Shown here piece after piece: positions 6,635-14,899 of a stretch of 20,000 bases of DNA. The notes under the pieces were generated by a model. The model saw only the letters and a program-made list of their open reading frames with translations. It ran no database searches and was not told where the DNA came from. Position 1 is the stretch's first letter, and each line of letters opens with the position of its first letter. This DNA comes from an uncultured virus (IMG/VR IMGVR_UViG_3300030616_000579) (lineage: Duplodnaviria > Heunggongvirae > Uroviricota > Caudoviricetes): the IMG/VR virus record IMGVR_UViG_3300030616_000579. One strand, 5' to 3'. The translations under genes were made by a program, and so were the position numbers.

Positions 6635-7591
6635 TTATGTCCAACTCCCAAAATTAAATGCGGTGAAGTTTGTTTCACCGTATGGTTTATAATTGTAACC
6701 ATTGATATCATACCCTTCTACACAATTCAAAAAATTATTCAACATGTAACTACAATAATTGGTGTCACATTGTTCGTCTATTCCCATAGACAAATTGTAT
6801 CCCATATTGTTGATAAAAGAACAGTTTTGTGCTTCACACAACCACATTCCATTTGTACCTCCATCAAAAATATTATTCAATACCATAATATGAGAAACAT
6901 ACTCGAAGTTGATACCATAGAAATTTTCATAAAAATAATTGTTTGATATTGTACTACAACGTATAAGTGATGGGTCTGCATCTCCTTCACATCGAATGCC
7001 ATAAAGATTATCTATAAAATCACAGTATGTAATGCGAACATTTGATGCATCATCATCTGAGTTAGGTAGAATAGCTATGCCTGCTGATGTTGTTTTAGAA
7101 AAGTTTTTAAAAACACAATTGTCAACTGTAAGACCAATCATGTCGTCATCAGTACAAAAACATATACCATTGACAATGCCAGTTGCAGTATCTCCAAGGA
7201 AATTTAAATCTCTAAAACTGATAAATCCAGGAGGAGTAACACAATTAAATATACCATTAGGTAAAGAACAACTATTTACTTGAAGGATTGTATGGTTTCC
7301 TTGACCAGTTATTGTCACATTACTGATTACATCTATCGAACTACTAATTAATATTTCACAAGAAGGTAAAATGATAGAACCACCTGCAGTACTATTCAAA
7401 TCCCAGATAGCAAGTTGTAAGTTACTCTCATTCGTTGACCAATAGTTTCCTTCACTGTTTCTAATATATGTTATAACGTCATCTTTCTCATCAGAGATTG
7501 TTCTATTTACAGATAACACAGATGCTATGCCTACACAAACTAAGAACATTACTACAAGAATGATTTCTATTTTTGTTCTTATTCTTATCAT
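6635..7591 (-). CDS. N-terminally anchored right-handed beta-helix protein (pectin lyase-like/NosD-type), ~318 aa
   Basis: Start revised to MIRIRTKIE at 7591 (AGGT upstream; matches the paralog start). Signal/TM helix, LQLAIWDL...GGSIILPS...ITGQG cap, and repeated ISNN.F..N..GI rungs. Confidence 0.85.
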   Translation of the reverse strand: MIRIRTKIEIILVVMFLVCVGIASVLSVNRTISDEKDDVITYIRNSEGNYWSTNESNLQLAIWDLNSTAGGSIILPSCEILISSSIDVISNVTITGQGNHTILQVNSCSLPNGIFNCVTPPGFISFRDLNFLGDTATGIVNGICFCTDDDMIGLTVDNCVFKNFSKTTSAGIAILPNSDDDASNVRITYCDFIDNLYGIRCEGDADPSLIRCSTISNNYFYENFYGINFEYVSHIMVLNNIFDGGTNGMWLCEAQNCSFINNMGYNLSMGIDEQCDTNYCSYMLNNFLNCVEGYDINGYNYKPYGETNFTAFNFGSWT

Positions 7592-7601
7592 TTTTTTATA
7601 C

Positions 7602-10301
7602 CTATACAATTGGTAAATTAGATGAATTTACAGTGTTACTTCCAAGAAGAACATTTCCATTTGTTGTACCCAAACAATTATTCGCAACAAAGATATTAAA
7701 ATCACAAGTACCAAATTCACGGAACCCATAATTACAATTATAAATTCTATTTCCAAATACAGTACAATTATGTACGCCACTAAGCATAATGCCTTCTGAA
7801 ACACAATCAAAAATCATGTTATTACTGATAGTTGTATTATCGTTATCAGTAAAGATTCCATCCAACGTACAATTCCAGATATAATTATCTGTAATTAAAT
7901 TATTTTGATAATATTGACATGAAATACCTGTTCCTGTAATATTGTATATAGTGTTTCCTGATACATGTTGACATCTTTCTATTCCTTCATCTCCACCAAA
8001 AGAAATAAGATTATTTGTAGCAGTATGCACCCTAAATATCGAAAAACTTTCAGTATTATTTATTGTATTACCAGATGCAATATCATAATTAATGTATGAA
8101 TCGTTTCCTGAACCCCAAATCCCTCCATAACAATTTATAATAACATTACCATTGATAGTTGCAGACCCAACAGATGCATCATATCTCCTGATTGCTACTG
8201 ACCCAGTATTAACAAGTTTGTTATTTGATATTATAGGATATCCACTATCAAAAAAGATTCCATAACCAGATGTGTTTTCTATGTAATTATCAGTTACAAT
8301 ATTTTCTTTTACTCCTATAGATGGATTGTCTGATAAATGCATACCATACTGTTCCATATTTTTAATATGATTTCCAGTTACAATACAACCATCAGTACGA
8401 AAGGCTGTCTCAACATTATAAACATAATTACCTGTTACTGTTGCATTTAAAGCTAAGATTCCTCTACTCCAAAAAGGTGTTGATTCATATGCATATGCTG
8501 ATGAATTAAGGTCGTGAATAAAATTATTAGAAATTATGGCTCTATTTGATTTTTGCCCTTCCATTCCTATACCAATACTAGTATTACCAGTAATGATATT
8601 GTTTGTCACAATCATATCATGTGACGTGTTTGTATATTCACCACCAACAACATGGGTGTCTTCTAAATATACTCCAACTGCCCACGTATCTGCAATGTAG
8701 TTATCACTGACAATGAGATTTTGTCCTGCTAGAAACACTCCTCCTCCATAGAAATGGTCTTTTTTACCTTTCACAAAGCAATTCTTAATAGTAATATTTG
8801 ATATATTTAAACAATGAGTTGAAGAGTCATAATCACCAACATAGATGCTTGTTCCACTAGAGTTGTAGACCCAACAATTATCAATAGTTATATTTTCAGC
8901 TTCATCTCGTATCCACATTACTGATGGATATGCGTGTGTTTCTTGTCCTTCTTCGTTACCGTCCAGTCGTATCTTCTCTATTTCAATGTTATGCTCATCT
9001 TGTATCTGAACCATTGTAACATTTGCTGTATCATTCAAGAACAACAATGTACTGTATCCTTGTCCTACAATACGTACATTACTCCATACATTGATAGTGC
9101 TATCAATAGTTATTTCACCAGATGGAAGATATACTGTTCCTCCATTAGAACTGTTTAAGTCATCAATGGCTTCTTGGATATAGTTATCTGTTACATCCCA
9201 GTATCTACCATTTGAATTACGAATATATGTTTCTTCTGGTTCATAGAGACCAGAACCAAAGTTTCTACAATTAACAAATATCGATGGGCGATTGCCATTA
9301 TCTTCAACTAATTCCATCCCATCATGATATACTGTCAAATCACCTGATGCAGTACAAGCTGTAAAGATGTTGTTTCCTGTTCCACCGCCACCAGTAATAT
9401 TCACTAATCTTCCGTTGCCTTCAAACCGTAAATCATTGAATTTGTTATTTGTAACACCACCAGTTCCACCTAAATATATACATGAACCATTGGAACTATT
9501 TATACCCTCAAAATTGATGTTTGAAAACACATTACTATCTGCATCTACAAGAGAAAGTCCTCTTACTGGTTTATTTGACCATCCTATTGCAAGTTGTCCG
9601 TCTCGTATTATATTGATATTTGCAGTGTCACTAAGAGATATTCCATATACACAATTATCTATACGAAAACGTTCTATTACATTGAAAGCAGATGTAGCCC
9701 CAGTAAAATCACCACCAGTGATATTTATACCAACTGAATAAGTGCTACCCGTATCTCTCCAGAAATCATCAATCCAAACAGCTTCAATGTGTCCATATTG
9801 CATTGCTCTAAATCTGATGCCACCAAGAGGAGCTGTACGTTGTTTTCCATTGATAACCATGTTTTTAATTTCTACAAACCTGGAACCGTTTCCATTAGAA
9901 CCTTCACCACAATCAATGATATATTCATTGCCAAATGTAACTGATGGATAAAGTTCAGTTACAGAAAGTTGATGTCCTGAAGAACCATATCCTGTTTCCC
10001 AACCAGAACCAATAAGTGAAATAGACCTATTATATGTTTTAATTCCTTCGTCTAACTCAAACACACCTGGAGGTAACCATACAATACCACCATTTGTTGT
10101 ATTTAAATCATTAATTGCAAGTTGAATATTACCTGCATCACTTGTGTTCCAGTAGTTCCCTTTACTGTTTCTTATCAGTGCTGTAAAATCATCCCCTGTA
10201 TCTGTTATTGTTCTATTTACAGATATTACAGAATATATAACAACAGATACTAGAAGTAACACAACCAGAAATGTTTCTATTTTTGTTCTTAAACGTATCA
10301 T
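7602..10301 (-). CDS. N-terminally anchored protein with two tandem right-handed beta-helix modules, 899 aa
   Basis: Signal/TM helix; two IQxAIxDL...GGxVxLPxG...GxG caps typical of pectate-lyase-3/tailspike-like beta-helices; many IxxN.I.N...GI rungs. Confidence 0.88.
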   Translation of the reverse strand: MIRLRTKIETFLVVLLLVSVVIYSVISVNRTITDTGDDFTALIRNSKGNYWNTSDAGNIQLAINDLNTTNGGIVWLPPGVFELDEGIKTYNRSISLIGSGWETGYGSSGHQLSVTELYPSVTFGNEYIIDCGEGSNGNGSRFVEIKNMVINGKQRTAPLGGIRFRAMQYGHIEAVWIDDFWRDTGSTYSVGINITGGDFTGATSAFNVIERFRIDNCVYGISLSDTANINIIRDGQLAIGWSNKPVRGLSLVDADSNVFSNINFEGINSSNGSCIYLGGTGGVTNNKFNDLRFEGNGRLVNITGGGGTGNNIFTACTASGDLTVYHDGMELVEDNGNRPSIFVNCRNFGSGLYEPEETYIRNSNGRYWDVTDNYIQEAIDDLNSSNGGTVYLPSGEITIDSTINVWSNVRIVGQGYSTLLFLNDTANVTMVQIQDEHNIEIEKIRLDGNEEGQETHAYPSVMWIRDEAENITIDNCWVYNSSGTSIYVGDYDSSTHCLNISNITIKNCFVKGKKDHFYGGGVFLAGQNLIVSDNYIADTWAVGVYLEDTHVVGGEYTNTSHDMIVTNNIITGNTSIGIGMEGQKSNRAIISNNFIHDLNSSAYAYESTPFWSRGILALNATVTGNYVYNVETAFRTDGCIVTGNHIKNMEQYGMHLSDNPSIGVKENIVTDNYIENTSGYGIFFDSGYPIISNNKLVNTGSVAIRRYDASVGSATINGNVIINCYGGIWGSGNDSYINYDIASGNTINNTESFSIFRVHTATNNLISFGGDEGIERCQHVSGNTIYNITGTGISCQYYQNNLITDNYIWNCTLDGIFTDNDNTTISNNMIFDCVSEGIMLSGVHNCTVFGNRIYNCNYGFREFGTCDFNIFVANNCLGTTNGNVLLGSNTVNSSNLPIV

Positions 10302-11197
10302 CTAATTCTTCTCCCAAATCTTAAATGTGGCATACGAACTGGTTTAAAATCAATTATCGGCATCATACCCATAGGTCGTTCTCCGCCACCAAGAGAATAC
10401 TCACGTGCAACAAAAGGTCTCTTAGGAAGATATGATTCCTCTTTTGATATTGGTGCATACTGTTGAACACCTGGTGGTAATCTTCGTTGTTCAACCGAAT
10501 ACTCATCTGATATCTGTATGGGTTCTTCTTGTACTGGTATTTGTTGAACAACAACTTGTTGTTTTGGTGGTGCTTTTCTCCACCAACCAGGTGGCGAAGG
10601 TGGTTTTCCAGCAGGCGCCACTGCTCCCCGTTGAAGTTGTTGTGCTCCTTCTTTTCTTATCTTTATTCCCTCTTTCATGTTTTCTTTAAATTGTTGCCGT
10701 TTCTCATACCCACGTAAATATGCTTCGCCTCCTTCTTTCATATGTGTTGCTGTACGAGCTATTCCTTTTGTTATTTCCTTTCTGTTCCGTCTACTTGCTT
10801 CATTTTTGTTTGTCGATACTATTACTTGTTCAACGTCTGGTCGTTTTTTTGCTTGATTGACAACTTTACTAACATTATCAGAAGTAAAAGCTCCCCAATT
10901 GTACCACTTATCACCTGTGATTTTAACTATCAAATAATAAAAAGATGGTGCCAACTGTTTAGTTGCTTTTTCAATCTTCTTTTCTTTTCGTTTTTCACTA
11001 AAATCTTTAAATTTTTCTTTAATCTCAGTGAGTCCTTGTCTATTTTTATCATATGGATAACAATCCAACACATTGATTTTGTTATCTTTATCCCAGTCAC
11101 CAAGCGGTTTCAAATTAGATTGCCAGTATCGGAAATCTTTTTTCTTTTTTGGTTTCAACGACTTCATCTTCATTGGATTAAAGAATTGTGATTTCAT
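10298..11197 (-). CDS. Basic hypothetical protein (~299 aa) with N-terminal TSP3-like motif and Pro/Gln-rich C-terminal half
   Basis: GDWDKDNKINVLDCYPYDKNRQG near the N-terminus. Start likely ATG 11197 (TGATG overlap; AGAGGA upstream). No signal peptide. Confidence 0.8.
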   Translation of the reverse strand: MKSQFFNPMKMKSLKPKKKKDFRYWQSNLKPLGDWDKDNKINVLDCYPYDKNRQGLTEIKEKFKDFSEKRKEKKIEKATKQLAPSFYYLIVKITGDKWYNWGAFTSDNVSKVVNQAKKRPDVEQVIVSTNKNEASRRNRKEITKGIARTATHMKEGGEAYLRGYEKRQQFKENMKEGIKIRKEGAQQLQRGAVAPAGKPPSPPGWWRKAPPKQQVVVQQIPVQEEPIQISDEYSVEQRRLPPGVQQYAPISKEESYLPKRPFVAREYSLGGGERPMGMMPIIDFKPVRMPHLRFGRRIR

Positions 11198-11442
11198 CAA
11201 TATCCTCTTCCCGTTCCTCTTTTATGTTTATCAACTTTTGAAGATATATCTCCATATCTTCGCAGTTTTTTGTTCTTAGGAAAAACAATTTTTCCCATAT
11301 TTATTTTCAAATGATGTTGTTTACACCACTTTTGTACCTCTTTAACTTTCAAACATCTACTTGAGACATAGAACCCAGTTACTGTAGGCATCTTCCTAAA
11401 TTTATAGTATTTGTTTTTTACTTCATCTAGACATTTCATCAT
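11197..11442 (-). CDS. Basic hypothetical protein, 81 aa
   Basis: GAGGT SD upstream; coupled to the downstream gene; Lys-rich. Confidence 0.7.
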   Translation of the reverse strand: MMKCLDEVKNKYYKFRKMPTVTGFYVSSRCLKVKEVQKWCKQHHLKINMGKIVFPKNKKLRRYGDISSKVDKHKRGTGRGY

Positions 11443-11459
11443 ACTACCTCTTTGGAGGA

Positions 11460-11527
11460 AAGAAAGGATTGTAAGTTCTACTCTGGCAAGGATTTGGAAG
11501 GAAAGGTAGTTCTTACAACCCCCTCTT
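11460..11527 (-). other. Long intergenic RNA stem-loop (regulatory, processing or terminator candidate)
   Basis: Minus strand AAGAGGGGGTTGTAAG-AA-CTAC...GTAG-AA-CTTACAATCCTTTCTT: 16-bp stem with three G-U pairs, 2x2 A loop, 4-bp stem and a pyrimidine-rich loop. Confidence 0.6.
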
Positions 11528-11551
11528 AATGTTGCCCATTACCTAATCACT

Positions 11552-13888
11552 TTATTCTCCGTACAAACCATATTTGTAGACGACAAACACAATCATCAAT
11601 ATGGCTGAAATAATAAGGAGAATCCCCAAGATTTGCAATACGTTTTCACCTATAGTAGTTACCTCTGTTAGCGAAGAAATATAAGTAATTCGTATTGCCT
11701 CTGTCATTGCACCGAAAACATTATAGAAATTCTGAGATATTTCAGGTGATGTTTCATTTGATGTCAACGTCAAATTGTTCCAGATGTTTGTTCCATTAGC
11801 AAACGCAGATGCATTGATGTTCAACAGAATCCAATTTGTACTTGTTGCACCAGGATTGATAGATGTAATGTTGAACGTTGCATTACCTATTGCAGGCGAT
11901 ATATTGCTGTCATTGAATGATGTATTATCAAAGTATGTTTCATTCCATTGTACCCAGTTTAGATAGAAGTCACCACTGTTTGTGATATTCACTGAGTAAT
12001 TCATCGTTGTAGCGTTCCAAGCTATCATAGAACCATGTAACTCTTTCACAGCATAGTATGAAAATGTTAATGCAGTTGGTGATGCAGTCGTATTTGTATC
12101 ATTAACCACTGTCCAAGCAGTATTACTAATTGATGTTCCATTTGCAATCCTGCCAGATAGGTTCAGATAGATTGTAACGTTAAACCAATGGTTCTCGTAC
12201 CCTGAAACATTCAAATACGTTGCCGTCCATCTATTGTTGATGCCTGAGTCGTTTGTTGGTGTAGAACCACCAAATGATATATTTGAATGATATGATTCAT
12301 TTATCATCACATTCGTCAAGTTGATTGCACCGTTGTTTGTTGTGTTCACCCAAACAATAATCATATTTGATGGTGTTACATCCCACTCTTTGTACACTGC
12401 AACTGCACTTGCCTGTGTTGTAAATGAATATGTTCCACTTGCAGGTACTCTTGTCGTGTCTCCACAACTTGCAGTATCATTCACTCTAGCATACCAATAG
12501 TACGTTGTATTAAGGTTAAGGTTTCCACTGAATGTTGTTGTTGCTGAATCGCCAGTTGCAGTATAGTCGTCAAATCCAATCACTGTTCCATTTGTCCAAT
12601 AGAATGTTGTGTTTATTGGGTCACTGTCTGCATCAGTAACAGTTATGTTGAAGGTTGGAGAGAATCCTACTACATTTGTTGCACCATTTGTTGGCCCTGG
12701 ATTGGAACCTGCAGGCGATGTTCCACCACCAATGCCAGTTGTAAAGGTGTACATAGCAGAAAGAGAATCTCCAGCACCATCAGTTACTGTTACATTCCAC
12801 CAATATGATGTGTTGTGCGATAGAGATGATAATGTTCTTCCATATGAACCATTTGTAGCTCCTGTTGCGGTTGTTGTTTGCCCGTTACTACCGTTTATCC
12901 AATAGGTAAACGATGAACCTATACTATTAGAAACAGTGAGATTTACTGCAATACTATACGTACAGTTTGCAGATGTCGAACCATTCGTTGGAGTTACTCC
13001 TGCAAAGGAGAAGTTTGTGTAACACTGTGTTGTTGTATAATCAGATTGATTTAAGATACTGTATACATTGCCTGTTTCATTATATGTCCAAGCACGATAA
13101 TAATATGCAGTACAGTTTGTCAACCCAGTATGATTGTATGTTGAATTTGTTCCATTGTAAAGAAGACTATCACCATAGTTAGCAGGATAACTTCCTGCTT
13201 TACCACATAATAAAACTGTATCAGCTTCACTTGGTCGTACCATTCCAGTTACATTGATAATGGTATAGTTGTATGATGTAGCCGTCAATCCTGTTGGTGC
13301 TTGTGGATGAACAGTAACACTACAGTTTGTCCACCAATCAGCTGCACCTCCACCAATATCAAGACCAGAAGAACCACTCCACGTCTGAGGTATCAAAATA
13401 GATACAAATCCTGGTTTTATTGCAGTAAAGTTGAACACTGCACCTGTATGATTTCCACTAATAGTGTCCATAATCGAAAACGATTGTGGCCCATACGATA
13501 GGTTTCCTATAGAATTATCTAGATTACCATCATCTGTTGAAAATGTCACATTTCCCCATGCACCTGGAAAAGAACAATTCAAATCGGTATTAGGAGTACC
13601 ACCTGGGTTTGTTGTCATGTTTATGATACCTGCTGAAGTCGTATTCCACTCCACTTCTCTAACAGCAAAAGCCTGTATTCCATCAGTACCAGAATTAATG
13701 TATAGTGTCACATTAAAAGTGTCACCAACAGTAACATTGCTTGAAGAAGCCACTAATGCTCCTGAATGTGTGTCACTTGGGTCGTAATCATCAGATATAA
13801 CAGGAGTCACTAACAACGTTAGCAAACTCAAGAGTAAAACGAGACTAACACCTGCATTTTTTATTTTTTCTTTTCTTTTTCTTTTCAT
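11552..13888 (-). CDS. Type I membrane-anchored surface glycoprotein, 778 aa: cohesin-like domain + FN3/Ig-like repeats + two DUF11-like domains + C-terminal TM (putative scaffoldin)
   Basis: Signal peptide. NVTVGDTFNVTLYIN...IQAF...VEWN...LDNSIGNL...ISGNHTGAVFNFTAIKPG is a cohesin-like pattern. PQAPTGLTATS...TGLTNCTAYYYRAW is FN3. TNNGAINLTNVMINE and TNSGDFYLNWV are DUF11-like. Ends VLQILGILLIISAILMIVFVVYK. Confidence 0.82.
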   Translation of the reverse strand: MKRKRKEKIKNAGVSLVLLLSLLTLLVTPVISDDYDPSDTHSGALVASSSNVTVGDTFNVTLYINSGTDGIQAFAVREVEWNTTSAGIINMTTNPGGTPNTDLNCSFPGAWGNVTFSTDDGNLDNSIGNLSYGPQSFSIMDTISGNHTGAVFNFTAIKPGFVSILIPQTWSGSSGLDIGGGAADWWTNCSVTVHPQAPTGLTATSYNYTIINVTGMVRPSEADTVLLCGKAGSYPANYGDSLLYNGTNSTYNHTGLTNCTAYYYRAWTYNETGNVYSILNQSDYTTTQCYTNFSFAGVTPTNGSTSANCTYSIAVNLTVSNSIGSSFTYWINGSNGQTTTATGATNGSYGRTLSSLSHNTSYWWNVTVTDGAGDSLSAMYTFTTGIGGGTSPAGSNPGPTNGATNVVGFSPTFNITVTDADSDPINTTFYWTNGTVIGFDDYTATGDSATTTFSGNLNLNTTYYWYARVNDTASCGDTTRVPASGTYSFTTQASAVAVYKEWDVTPSNMIIVWVNTTNNGAINLTNVMINESYHSNISFGGSTPTNDSGINNRWTATYLNVSGYENHWFNVTIYLNLSGRIANGTSISNTAWTVVNDTNTTASPTALTFSYYAVKELHGSMIAWNATTMNYSVNITNSGDFYLNWVQWNETYFDNTSFNDSNISPAIGNATFNITSINPGATSTNWILLNINASAFANGTNIWNNLTLTSNETSPEISQNFYNVFGAMTEAIRITYISSLTEVTTIGENVLQILGILLIISAILMIVFVVYKYGLYGE

Positions 13889-13900
13889 AGTTCTTACCTT

Positions 13901-14899
13901 CTATGTTCTATTTGCCCATATTAATGAAACATCAGTGGCTACTACATCGCCACCCCAATCAACGTCATAAATAACATCATATGGAGTTTCCCCACTCCTA
14001 TTATCCCAACATACAGTAGCATCTGTCGCAACGATATCCCCAGAGTTGGTTACATCATATCGTGACCCACCTGTCTTATAAGAATAACTTTCATTAATCC
14101 AAGTTGTTCCATTTGATGCGTTTACAGACCAATAATACATTGTATCACCAATAATCAACTCGTTTGTGTATCCAGATGATGTGTCTATCTCTAACCGTGA
14201 TGTGTCTTGTCCTAACCAGGTTTTCATCATCGTTGTTGTATTTGTTCCTGTTGTCATATTGAGATAGTAAATATATACATCAAACCCTGTTCCTGTTCCA
14301 CTTATACTAATATTAGTTGGTGGTCGAGTAACACTTGTTGATTCATTAGCTGGATATGGACTAGATATTGAAAATGCACCTTGTGGTTGGAACCCAATCA
14401 TAAATAATCGTTCAGAAGCATTTGTATGATTAAATGATAAAACGCCAGTTTCATTAGTTGTTGTCTCTAAAAACAATGTTGAATTCATAGAAACATTATA
14501 TTGTGAATTACTTTTAAGCCCCGATACATTGTAAAACACCGTTCCAGAATATGTTTCAGACCAAAATTCCAATACCGTGTCATATGATGATGCATTTAGT
14601 ATATCTTCATGTATATACACAAGAGAAACATTTACTCGTATATCAGAATCAACATAGAACCCTGTATTGTTGAATTTCACATACGATTCATCTAACACTA
14701 TTTGCTCAAACTTCATCGATTGGTTTGTTGCAAAATAAACATTACCACCAGAATTATGATAATATACACCATCTGATGAGAAATCACGTGTCGTATCAGG
14801 AGGACTTACAGTTATGAGAGCAGTTATTTGTACAGCTAAGAACAGTAGAATAAAAACTGTAATAACCATCTCTATTTTTATTTTTGTTTTTAATTTCAT
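13901..14899 (-). CDS. Exported glycoprotein, 332 aa, with Ig/FN3-like module and C-terminal dockerin-like domain
   Basis: N-terminal hydrophobic helix; SPYPANES...YYWSVNASNG module; duplicated YDVTNSGDIVATD...WDNR / YDVDWGGDVVATD...WANR at the C-terminus. Confidence 0.83.
   Translation of the reverse strand: MKLKTKIKIEMVITVFILLFLAVQITALITVSPPDTTRDFSSDGVYYHNSGGNVYFATNQSMKFEQIVLDESYVKFNNTGFYVDSDIRVNVSLVYIHEDILNASSYDTVLEFWSETYSGTVFYNVSGLKSNSQYNVSMNSTLFLETTTNETGVLSFNHTNASERLFMIGFQPQGAFSISSPYPANESTSVTRPPTNISISGTGTGFDVYIYYLNMTTGTNTTTMMKTWLGQDTSRLEIDTSSGYTNELIIGDTMYYWSVNASNGTTWINESYSYKTGGSRYDVTNSGDIVATDATVCWDNRSGETPYDVIYDVDWGGDVVATDVSLIWANRT

Noticed and set aside
11460..11527. Stem-loop as an archaeal SECIS element or CRISPR repeat
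   Set aside because: There is no in-frame UGA-interrupted gene nearby, the internal loop is a symmetric AA/AA, and it is single-copy with no repeat-spacer pattern.
11552..14899. A true cellulosome
   Set aside because: Only one cohesin-like domain is present, and no cellulase or hemicellulase catalytic domains are recognisable on the dockerin-bearing proteins.
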